From the NCBI GenBank assembly GCA_964626905.1, contig CAZVHA010000005.1, positions 51,345 to 115,344 on the forward strand: a stretch of DNA of 64,000 nt. Reading direction: 5' to 3'. The position numbers and the translations under genes were made by a program. This DNA is from an uncultured bacterium (GTDB taxonomy: Bacteria > Chlamydiota > Chlamydiia > Chlamydiales > SM23-39). Below are positions 56,989 to 64,000 of this stretch, piece by piece. The notes beneath the pieces were generated by a model. The model saw nothing but the letters and a program-made list of their open reading frames with translations. It was not told the DNA's origin and made no database searches. Position 1 is the stretch's first letter, and each line of letters begins with the position of its first letter.

Positions 56989-59148
56989 ATGAAATGGCTC
57001 TTGATCCTCTTCCCCCTCTCTCTCTTCTGCCAGGCAGAAAGTATTTGTTGCCTTGAGTCGCCCGCCTGTCAACTCTTCAAAGATCTAGAGATCGTGGGGA
57101 AAATCGATCAGGAGATCAAAGACAAACTTCCCGTCGTCATTAACTACCAGCTACAGGGAGGATATTTCGCCATGCCGTCGGCCCGCACATTTGTAGCAGG
57201 GGCTTTGGGATTCGGATTTGCCTATGCTCCCCCCTACCACATCTGGAGCTTGGGATTCCAGTTTTTTGATCACCTTGAGGCGACGGGAAACTATTGGATT
57301 TACAAGGGAGTTTTGGATAGCATTTTTGGCTCATTGGGGTTTGGAGATACGGCCGAAAGAGCCGCCAATCTCAAATGGGTCCTCTTGAGAAGAGAGGATG
57401 GCTTTTCTTTCTTGCCCGACTTTGCCCTTGGATTGAACGATTTTATGGGCACCTGCCGCTTTAAGTCGTTTTATGTAGTCATGACAAAAGAATTTTTGAA
57501 GTGGAATCTGGAGGCGACCCTCGGCTGGGGCTGCGGGCGGATCCAAGGATTTTACGGGGGCGCAGCTTGGAGCCCTTTTCGCTACTGGGATACATTTTTA
57601 AAAAATTTGACTTTGGCCGCTGAATACGATGCAAATAACTACAAAAAGCACACCCACGAACACCCGAGCGGCAGGAGTGTGAAGAGCCGGATCAACGCGG
57701 GGCTCCAATGGACCCTTTGGGATTTGATCCGCTTTTCTGGGAGCACTTTGCGCGGGGAAGCACTCGCAGGGAGCATCGCCCTGAACTACAATTTGGGAAG
57801 TTCCAAAGGATTGCTGCCAAAAACGAATAACCCCCTTCCCTACTGCGCGCCCATCGATACACAGCCCATCGGACTTTTGAGAAATAGACAAGAGCTCGCC
57901 CAAGAGTTTGCCTACGCCTTTCAAGAGCAGGGCTTTGATCTCTATCACCTCTATCTCGTTCCCACAGATTGCGGCCAGGATAGACTTTGGATGAGGGTGG
58001 TCAACGTCCGCTACCGAGAAGAGGATGAGGTGCGCAATCGGATCCAATATGTCCTCGCCGCCCTCACCCCATCCAATATTTCTGGCGTCACCGTTGTGAG
58101 CGAAGCGGAAGGGATCCCCATCCAAGAGTACCGGTTTCGCCGGGAAGATTTGAGGCGCTATGCAGAAGGGAAATTGGGAGAGGACGAGTTTCGGGTGATC
58201 TCCCCGCCAAATGAGGTCTCAAATACGCCTGATAAATATGACGCAGCGCTCTTGTACCGCAGAAAAAAAGCGATTTGGATTCTCACACTTCGCCCCTGGT
58301 TTCGCTCCTTCTTAGGATCGAGCCGTGGCAAATTCAAATACGAAGTGGGCCTTGCCCTAAATCCCGAAGGATATCTCTTCGATGAGATCTACTACAATAT
58401 CTGCGGTACTTATACTGCGAAATCAAGCGCACAGGATATCGAGGCGCAAGATTTTATCAACCCCTCTCGCCTGATCAATGTCCGCACCGATTCCATTCTC
58501 TACAACCAATCCAATACCTGGCATCTCGAATCGGCCTTTTTCCAAAAGAGTTGGAACATGAGTCAAGGCTGGTTTTCAAGACTTGCCGCCGGATATTTTG
58601 AGATGGCCTACGGGGGATTTGCCCTTGAAACTCTCTATTACCCCGTCGACGTGAATTGGGCCGTCGGCTTTTCTGCGGCCGCCCTCTTTAAAAGAAGTTA
58701 CTACGGCTTAGGCTTCCAACAAAAGGTGCGAAAACTCACCGACGATGGGCCGATCTATGTTCCCTACACCGGATTGCAATACTTTGCCGATTTTTACTAC
58801 CAGTACCGGCCACTTGCGCTCGACTTTAAATTGAGCGCTGGACAATTTCTCGCAAGGGACAAAGGGATTCGGGTCGAAGGGGGGCGCACATTTGCCAGCG
58901 GGCTCAGAGTCGGACTCTGGTATACCCTGACAAATGCGGGAGACCAGGTCAATGGGAGCCGCTATTATGACAAGGGATTTTCAATCACCATGCCTCTCGA
59001 TCTATTCCTCAGAAAATCGAGCCGTACGCGGATCGGCTACGCGATGTCTGCATGGCTCAGAGATTGCGGAGCCATTGGCTCAACAGGCAAACAGCTCTAT
59101 CCGACCCTTTTCTGGTCTCGCTACAACACAAAGCCGGTATTTTATTGA
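56989..59148 (+). CDS. YjbH-family outer membrane/exopolysaccharide-associated protein
   Basis: 719 aa with a signal peptide. FAMPSAR near the N-terminus. The C-terminal blocks GYFEMAYGGFALETLYYPVDVNWAVG, SAGQFLARDKG and GFSITMPLDLFL...SRTRIGY...LRDCG match the E. coli YjbH pattern as I remember it. Confidence 0.8.
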   Translation: MKWLLILFPLSLFCQAESICCLESPACQLFKDLEIVGKIDQEIKDKLPVVINYQLQGGYFAMPSARTFVAGALGFGFAYAPPYHIWSLGFQFFDHLEATGNYWIYKGVLDSIFGSLGFGDTAERAANLKWVLLRREDGFSFLPDFALGLNDFMGTCRFKSFYVVMTKEFLKWNLEATLGWGCGRIQGFYGGAAWSPFRYWDTFLKNLTLAAEYDANNYKKHTHEHPSGRSVKSRINAGLQWTLWDLIRFSGSTLRGEALAGSIALNYNLGSSKGLLPKTNNPLPYCAPIDTQPIGLLRNRQELAQEFAYAFQEQGFDLYHLYLVPTDCGQDRLWMRVVNVRYREEDEVRNRIQYVLAALTPSNISGVTVVSEAEGIPIQEYRFRREDLRRYAEGKLGEDEFRVISPPNEVSNTPDKYDAALLYRRKKAIWILTLRPWFRSFLGSSRGKFKYEVGLALNPEGYLFDEIYYNICGTYTAKSSAQDIEAQDFINPSRLINVRTDSILYNQSNTWHLESAFFQKSWNMSQGWFSRLAAGYFEMAYGGFALETLYYPVDVNWAVGFSAAALFKRSYYGLGFQQKVRKLTDDGPIYVPYTGLQYFADFYYQYRPLALDFKLSAGQFLARDKGIRVEGGRTFASGLRVGLWYTLTNAGDQVNGSRYYDKGFSITMPLDLFLRKSSRTRIGYAMSAWLRDCGAIGSTGKQLYPTLFWSRYNTKPVFY

Positions 59149-59158
59149 TTGATCCACC

Positions 59159-59189
59159 ACTCAAATGTAAAGCCGCTTTACATTTGAGT
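59159..59189. terminator. Copy D of the dispersed palindrome, extended to 31 nt (ACTCAAATGTAAAGCCGCTTTACATTTGAGT). Candidate bidirectional terminator.
   Basis: Perfect 15+1+15 palindrome lying exactly between convergent genes ending at 59148 (+) and 59178 (-). It contains the last codons CAA ATG TAA of the minus-strand gene. No clear U-tract. Confidence 0.5.
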
Positions 59190-60527
59190 TTCCACCGCCG
59201 CTCTCTTTTTTCGACTCCAGACCCAAATTTCCCCTGCACAAAACCCTAAAAAGGAGAGAGAAATGGAGATGATTTCGGAAGGAAACGGCGAGGCGACAAA
59301 TCGGAAAAAGCAAAAACTGCAAAGGCCGATGAAAATGGCCAAAAGGGCCGAGATAAAATTCCCTTGCGGCCTAAATAGAGCGATAAAGATCGGCACAAAG
59401 AGACAACTCAAAGAGAGTTCATAGCTTTGGATAAGGACATCGACGACGTTGTTGAAAAGAAAGGCAAATAAAATGGCGCCAATCGACATGAGCGCAGTCA
59501 AAAATTGCATAAAGGCAACCCCTTCTTTTTCCCTAAAAAAATCTTGTGAGAGATTCGAGCTGATCGCATTGATGAGTGATGTCGCGGTTGAAATGATAGC
59601 GGCAATCACTGCGCAACCAACAACAGCTGAAATCCAAGGGTTGGTGAAAGCGTTGATCGCAACCATGAGGATGCTGGCCCCTTCCGAAGGGATAACGCCC
59701 ATTTTTTTAGCAAATACGCCCAAAAAAACGGGAATACAACAAATCAGCAAAGTAAGAACTCCTGCTGCGAAAGTAGCCCTGGAGACTGTTTTTGGAGAAT
59801 CGCCTGCAAAGCAGCGCTGTCCCATATCTTGTTCGATCGTCATAAAAAGAAGGGGCATCAAAAGCCATCCCACCCATTTTGACGAGGAGCTCGCGAATGG
59901 CTCTACCACCATCGGAGCGCTCCAATCGCTACTCCAAGCAACAAATGCAAATGAGAAGAAGAAAACAAGGGAAAAGACAAACGCCTGGGCGATATCCGTT
60001 GAAATGACCGCTTTTAGCCCCCCTTTCACTGTATAGGCAATGATAATCGCCCAAAAGAAGATAAAAAGAGGCGTGCTGGAAAAGCCGAGCGTCAGTAGAA
60101 ATTTGCGCGAGGCGATGATCTGGCCGACCAATATCATAAACAAAGAGATGACGGAGAGGGTGGAGGCCACTTTTTTTAAGAAGGGAGATCGGTAGACGAG
60201 CTCCAAAATTTGGGCCACCGTTGAAACTGGGAATTTGGCTAATTTTTTTCCCAACCCCAATCCGAGCCCAATCAATCCTAAAGAAGCGCCCAAAGGATAT
60301 AGAAGGACAGGCCACCCGTATCGATAGGCCTCCTCAGCTGCTCCTAAAACAAGCCCCCCGCCCACTTGTGTTGCTAAAAAAGTCATCAATAAAGGGAAAA
60401 ACGAAACACTTTTCCCTGCTAAAAAGTAGTCCTCTTTCCCCTTCAGATTTTTTGACGAGCGCCTTCCAATCACCCAATAAAGCGCCTGGAGGCCAAAGAG
60501 AAGAAAAATAAAAAATGTTATATCCAT
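59178..60527 (-). CDS. Sodium:solute symporter family (SSS) transporter
   Basis: About 449 aa, polytopic. YFLAGKSVSFF and GGGLVLGAAEEAY are typical of PutP/PanF-type SSS proteins. The ATG at 60527 is preferred over the track GTG at 60533. Confidence 0.85.
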   Translation of the reverse strand: MDITFFIFLLFGLQALYWVIGRRSSKNLKGKEDYFLAGKSVSFFPLLMTFLATQVGGGLVLGAAEEAYRYGWPVLLYPLGASLGLIGLGLGLGKKLAKFPVSTVAQILELVYRSPFLKKVASTLSVISLFMILVGQIIASRKFLLTLGFSSTPLFIFFWAIIIAYTVKGGLKAVISTDIAQAFVFSLVFFFSFAFVAWSSDWSAPMVVEPFASSSSKWVGWLLMPLLFMTIEQDMGQRCFAGDSPKTVSRATFAAGVLTLLICCIPVFLGVFAKKMGVIPSEGASILMVAINAFTNPWISAVVGCAVIAAIISTATSLINAISSNLSQDFFREKEGVAFMQFLTALMSIGAILFAFLFNNVVDVLIQSYELSLSCLFVPIFIALFRPQGNFISALLAIFIGLCSFCFFRFVASPFPSEIISISLSFLGFCAGEIWVWSRKKRAAVETQM

Positions 60528-60702
60528 AACCACCCAAAAATTTTTTAAAGTTTACAATGCAACCGTTCTACAAAAAAAGATCAATGGTGATGGTGGAAAT
60601 GAATAGGAGAGACGAGATAAGTCTTTATTTTTGAAAAATTTATTTGCATTGCCATAAATCCATCTCCTTGGTGGATGGGGACATTCTAAGAAAAGGGTCT
60701 AT

Positions 60703-61689
60703 TTAAAGCAATTTCATTTGTGAAAGAACCTGTTTAATCGCGTAAGTGAAAATGAGATCGGCCCCCGCCCGTTTGATGCTGAGGAGAGTCTCATAGAAAA
60801 CTTTTTCCTCGTTCAACCACCCTGCTTTGTGGGCTGCCATCACCATGGCATATTCTCCACTGACATGGTAGGCGGCAACGGGTCTTCTCGTCTGTTCTTT
60901 GAGTTTGGCGATGACGTCGAGATACAAAGTTGCCGGTTTTACCATGAGGATGTCCGCCCCCTCTTCTTCATCTAGGGCAGCCTCCAAGAGAGCTTCTCGG
61001 CAATTGGCCGGATCCATCTGGTAGGTTTTTTTATCGCCAAATCCCAATTTGACCTGGAGTGCCTCGCGAAAGGGGCCGTAGAGGGCCGACGCATATTTCG
61101 CACTATAGGCGAGGATGCCAACTCCTTCGAATCCCTCTTGATCGAGCGCTTCTCGGATTGCGCCAACCCGTCCGTCCATCATATCGCTAGGGGCGACAAA
61201 ATCGACCCCAGCTCTTGCCTGCATGAGCGCCATTTGCGTCAAACAATCGATTGTCGCGTCGTTCAGAATTTCCCCTTTTTCATTGACGAGCCCATCGTGG
61301 CCATGGGTCGTGAATGGATCGAGAGCGACGTCGGCCATGATACAAAGATCGGGGAGGGCAAATTTGATTTCCCGAATCGCCCTTGCTAAAAGCCCGTCGG
61401 AATTCCACGCCTCTTCAGCTCCCAAACTTTTTAGATTTGGAAAAATGACAGGGAAAAGGGCAATGGAGCAGATCCCTTGGCGAAAGAACTCTTTGGCCTC
61501 CTTGACTGCGAGGTCGACCGAAAGCCTTTCGACTCCGGGCATGCTCTGAATTTCCTCTCGCCGCTTTTCCCCTTCGATGACGAAGATGGGAGCGACCAAA
61601 TCGGCAGGTCTTAAGTGGGTCTCTTGGACAATTTTGCGAATCGCTTCGGACTTCCGATTTCTTCTCAGACGAATGGGGAGATTTAACAT
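60703..61689 (-). CDS. hemB: Porphobilinogen synthase (delta-aminolevulinate dehydratase)
   Basis: RLRRNRKSEAIRKIVQETHL start. Blocks DPFTTHGHDG, VAPSDMMDGRV, SYSAKYASALYGPFR, MVKPA and YHVSGEYAM. ATG at 61689; the track TTG is at 61695. Confidence 0.93.
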   Translation of the reverse strand: MLNLPIRLRRNRKSEAIRKIVQETHLRPADLVAPIFVIEGEKRREEIQSMPGVERLSVDLAVKEAKEFFRQGICSIALFPVIFPNLKSLGAEEAWNSDGLLARAIREIKFALPDLCIMADVALDPFTTHGHDGLVNEKGEILNDATIDCLTQMALMQARAGVDFVAPSDMMDGRVGAIREALDQEGFEGVGILAYSAKYASALYGPFREALQVKLGFGDKKTYQMDPANCREALLEAALDEEEGADILMVKPATLYLDVIAKLKEQTRRPVAAYHVSGEYAMVMAAHKAGWLNEEKVFYETLLSIKRAGADLIFTYAIKQVLSQMKLL

Positions 61690-61724
61690 TGACAAATCCT
61701 TTTTTACACATTAGCATTTTAGCG

Positions 61725-62573
61725 ATGCGTATATTTCTTTTCGCCCTTTTTGCACTTTTCTCTTGTACCTCTTCACCGGAGCGCTCCAGGCTTGCCATCT
61801 GCGCTATTTTCAAAAACGAAGCTCCCTGGTTGAAAGAGTGGATCGCATACCATGCAAATGTGCTTGGGGTGAGCCATTTTTACCTCTACAACGACAAGAG
61901 CGAGGACAACTACCTCGAAGTGTTGGAGCCCTACATCGAAGTTGGGTTGGTTGAAGTGATCGACTGGGACTCTTCTGATCCAGCACATATCCTTCCTGGG
62001 GGAAATCCGGGCGATGGTCCCTGGATTCCCGCCCAAATTGGAGCCTACAACGAATGTTTGAAAACGAGGGCCCTCGGAAAAGAACAGTGGGTGGCGATGA
62101 TTGACATCGATGAGTTTATTGTCCCAGCAAAAGGAGTCCCATCTTTCTACGCTCTTTTAAAACAGGCCGAAAAGAGCAACAAGGGGAGCGTTTCGCTCAA
62201 GTGGCACATTTTTGGCACTTCGAATGTCAAGGAGCTGGGAGAAAAAGAGCTACTCACGGAGCGTCTAACGTGGCGCGCGCGCGACGATCACCCGTGGCAC
62301 GAGCTCGTCAAAAGCATCCACCGCCCCGAAGCTGTGGAAAAATGCCTTGTTCACATAGCGATTGAACTGAAACCTGGATTTGGGGCCCGCACTTTAAAAC
62401 CTGAGCAGGCCTCCATCCATCACTACTGGACTCGTACAGAGAATTTTTGCAAAGAAAAGAGGAAAAATCTGATCGAATGTGAACCTGATCTTTTAGAGGC
62501 GTTGCATCAAGTGGAAGATCAGACGATATTTCAGTATTTGCCAGCGTTAGGACTTGCAAGAGACGTTGAATGA
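61725..62573 (+). CDS. GT92/Glyco_tranf_2_4-like glycosyltransferase, lipoprotein
   Basis: Lipobox from the ATG at 61725 (MRIFLFALFALFSC). AICAIFKNEAPWLKEWIAYH..GVSHFYLYND and MIDIDEFIVP (DxD) blocks. Confidence 0.68.
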   Translation: MRIFLFALFALFSCTSSPERSRLAICAIFKNEAPWLKEWIAYHANVLGVSHFYLYNDKSEDNYLEVLEPYIEVGLVEVIDWDSSDPAHILPGGNPGDGPWIPAQIGAYNECLKTRALGKEQWVAMIDIDEFIVPAKGVPSFYALLKQAEKSNKGSVSLKWHIFGTSNVKELGEKELLTERLTWRARDDHPWHELVKSIHRPEAVEKCLVHIAIELKPGFGARTLKPEQASIHHYWTRTENFCKEKRKNLIECEPDLLEALHQVEDQTIFQYLPALGLARDVE

Positions 62574-63615
62574 AATGCTCCGCTGTGAACAATTTTGCTT
62601 GATCGCTTTGCAAAAAGGCCCGAATCCGCACTAAATACCCCTCGTATTCTTGAGCGCTTATCTGTTTCATAAACTGATAGACCTCTTCATCGCTTGCAAA
62701 TTTCCTTCGGTCGATGAAACAATCTGCCGGGATGTAATCTGTCACGTTGCTCGCTCCCCAATAAACGGGGATGACACCTGCGCCGAAGCAGTCGAATATT
62801 TTTTCTGTGATGTACCCTTTTACATCGCCCATATTTTCGTAGCAGATGGAAAATTTATACTCTTTGAGTTTTTCGATCTTGTTGGAGTGGAGAGCTCCTC
62901 GCCAATTCTTAAATTTTTCCCTTTCCCAGAAATACCCGTATAAATCGAATTCACCGGCCGGTTTTTCCTCAAAAAAGCGGATCATCTTTTTTCTCATCGA
63001 ATAGAGCTCTCTCGGATGTTTACTCGTGAGCCGTCTACAGATCATGACGCAAAATTTTTTCTCTTCGAAGGAGGGGAGATCATTGGCCATGGGAACGAGC
63101 GCGGGATAGTGGAATTTGAAAAACTTTTTGTTATCGACCAGATCGTCATCCCAGGTGAAAATTTTACCAAAACAGCTTTGGATTTTGGGATCGTAGAGCT
63201 CTTTTTGCACAGTGGGTGGCTCCCACATGACTAAGATCATTTTTTCCGTAGCGGTTTTTGCCAAATTGCATTCCTTTAATTTCGGGCCTAAATTCCAAAA
63301 CATCCAATATTTTGTCTCGGGCAAGATGGGTTGTTTTCTCTCGAGGCCAAGCTTAAGCCAATGTTTTAGATCCTGAAAATTTTTGACCCCTTTCCAAGTG
63401 ATCAACCAGGGGTGATACGCGTCGATTTCGAGGCTCTTCAACAGATGGCCCCTCTCTTTCAGGCGCCGACTCAACAAGTGGTTCAAGGAGAGCTCTTTTT
63501 CCGAAACATTTTCAAGTGTAGAAACGATCCCTTTTGCATCGCAACTCCAATCGCAAAAAAGTTCGATTTCGGCCCCCAAAACCAAAAGTGGCAAGAAAAA
63601 GAAAAGAAAATGCAT
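62308..63615 (-). CDS. GT10-like alpha-1,3/4-fucosyltransferase
   Basis: Signal/anchor MHFLFFFLPLLVLGA. FKFSICYENMGDVKGYITEKIFDCFGAGVIPVYWG is the GT10 nucleotide-sugar motif region. The recognisable domain ends near 62565. The last roughly 85 codons run antisense through the convergent gene, so the true 3' end is uncertain. Confidence 0.72.
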   Translation of the reverse strand: MHFLFFFLPLLVLGAEIELFCDWSCDAKGIVSTLENVSEKELSLNHLLSRRLKERGHLLKSLEIDAYHPWLITWKGVKNFQDLKHWLKLGLERKQPILPETKYWMFWNLGPKLKECNLAKTATEKMILVMWEPPTVQKELYDPKIQSCFGKIFTWDDDLVDNKKFFKFHYPALVPMANDLPSFEEKKFCVMICRRLTSKHPRELYSMRKKMIRFFEEKPAGEFDLYGYFWEREKFKNWRGALHSNKIEKLKEYKFSICYENMGDVKGYITEKIFDCFGAGVIPVYWGASNVTDYIPADCFIDRRKFASDEEVYQFMKQISAQEYEGYLVRIRAFLQSDQAKLFTAEHFIQRLLQVLTLANTEISSDLPLDATPLKDQVHIRSDFSSFLCKNSLYESSSDGWRPAQVLKCGPQIQVSVQSLCEQGIFPQLRGGGCF

Positions 63616-63710
63616 CCGCCCATTCTAGAAGTTCAAGGGCAATTCCGTCAATTGCGCTTGCGCTTGGAATCTAAATATGGCAATCTATTATTTGCATTTG
63701 GAGGTAAGAA

Positions 63711-64000
63711 GTGCAACAAGATGAGTTTAGTGAAAGTCAGTTGCAAATTCTGGAACATTTTGTCACAAACGTAAGTGGCGATGTTTTTGCGCTCCGCAAT
63801 CTTCCCGAGGTGATTAAAGGGGCTCTGTTTTCGAGGTATTCGCGCTCGACTTTGGGTCTTCGGCATCTCCTTTTAAAAGAGTTTATTTTGAATGACGACA
63901 CCGCTTTTGCTTCGATTACCGGGAAATTTGACGCTGACCGGACGAATCAGATGGTGGCGATTCAAAAGGCGCAAAGTTTTTACGATCGGATTCTCGACGG
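63711..64000 (+). CDS. thyX: Probable FAD-dependent thymidylate synthase ThyX (long form), 5' part only
   Basis: Not in the track because there is no stop in the window. GTG at 63711, 5 nt after GGAGGT. My translation reads [58 protein letters not shown]... The [14 protein letters not shown] start resembles ThyX-type proteins from memory only. Confidence 0.45.
   Translation, partial: MQQDEFSESQLQILEHFVTNVSGDVFALRNLPEVIKGALFSRYSRSTLGLRHLLLKEFILNDDTAFASITGKFDADRTNQMVAIQKAQSFYDRILD

Noticed and set aside
62202-62216. Sigma-54-like TGGCAC-N5-TGGC
   Set aside because: It is inside the GT92-like CDS, and the -12 element is TGGC, not TTGC. I saw no better -24/-12 match elsewhere despite rpoN being present in the window.

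Overview
This is a densely coding 64-kb window with about 57 CDS. I found no rRNA, tRNA, CRISPR array, transposase or integrase. All product calls come from reading the supplied translations and the DNA by eye; no search or alignment tool was run.

The gene content points to a Chlamydiae-type genome, probably an environmental chlamydia. The evidence is topoisomerase I with a C-terminal SWIB domain, a roughly 730-aa long-form GreA, groES-groEL, kdsB, rpoN and a TyrP-like transporter.

Housekeeping and transport genes: trkA-trkH, groESL, a three-gene RND efflux operon, a NamZ/DUF1343 protein, putA, a MIO-type histidine ammonia-lyase, two MFS transporters, hemB, dus, acyP, rdgB, an M20 peptidase and a sodium:solute symporter.

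Envelope-glycan genes are unusually numerous: kdsB, a GT9, a KdoO-like Kdo hydroxylase, an O-antigen-ligase-like gene coupled to topA, a mannose-1-P guanylyltransferase plus two GT4 genes, a YjbH-family protein, a GT92-like/GT10 fucosyltransferase-like pair, and a partial GT2-like gene at the left edge.

Most noteworthy observations:
1. A 21-nt perfect palindrome, AATGTAAAGCSGCTTTACATT, occurs four times. Three copies lie in the same reading register inside unrelated genes. The fourth sits between two convergent genes and supplies a stop codon.
2. An accessory cluster at 37.4-42.5 kb contains four adjacent genes that share an N-terminal module (NG-x-[KR]-x-R, a hydrophobic stretch, then [FY]P[FI]R[WFY]) on different C-terminal domains. 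These are a tandem paralog pair, a protein with a Sac-like C-x2-C-V-D-R string, and a class-3-lipase-like protein with Cys in the nucleophile elbow.
3. A fusion of a cyclic-nucleotide-binding domain to a CPBP intramembrane protease.
4. A KdoO-like gene translationally coupled to a membrane HExxH protein.
5. Several perfect dyads in intergenic regions.
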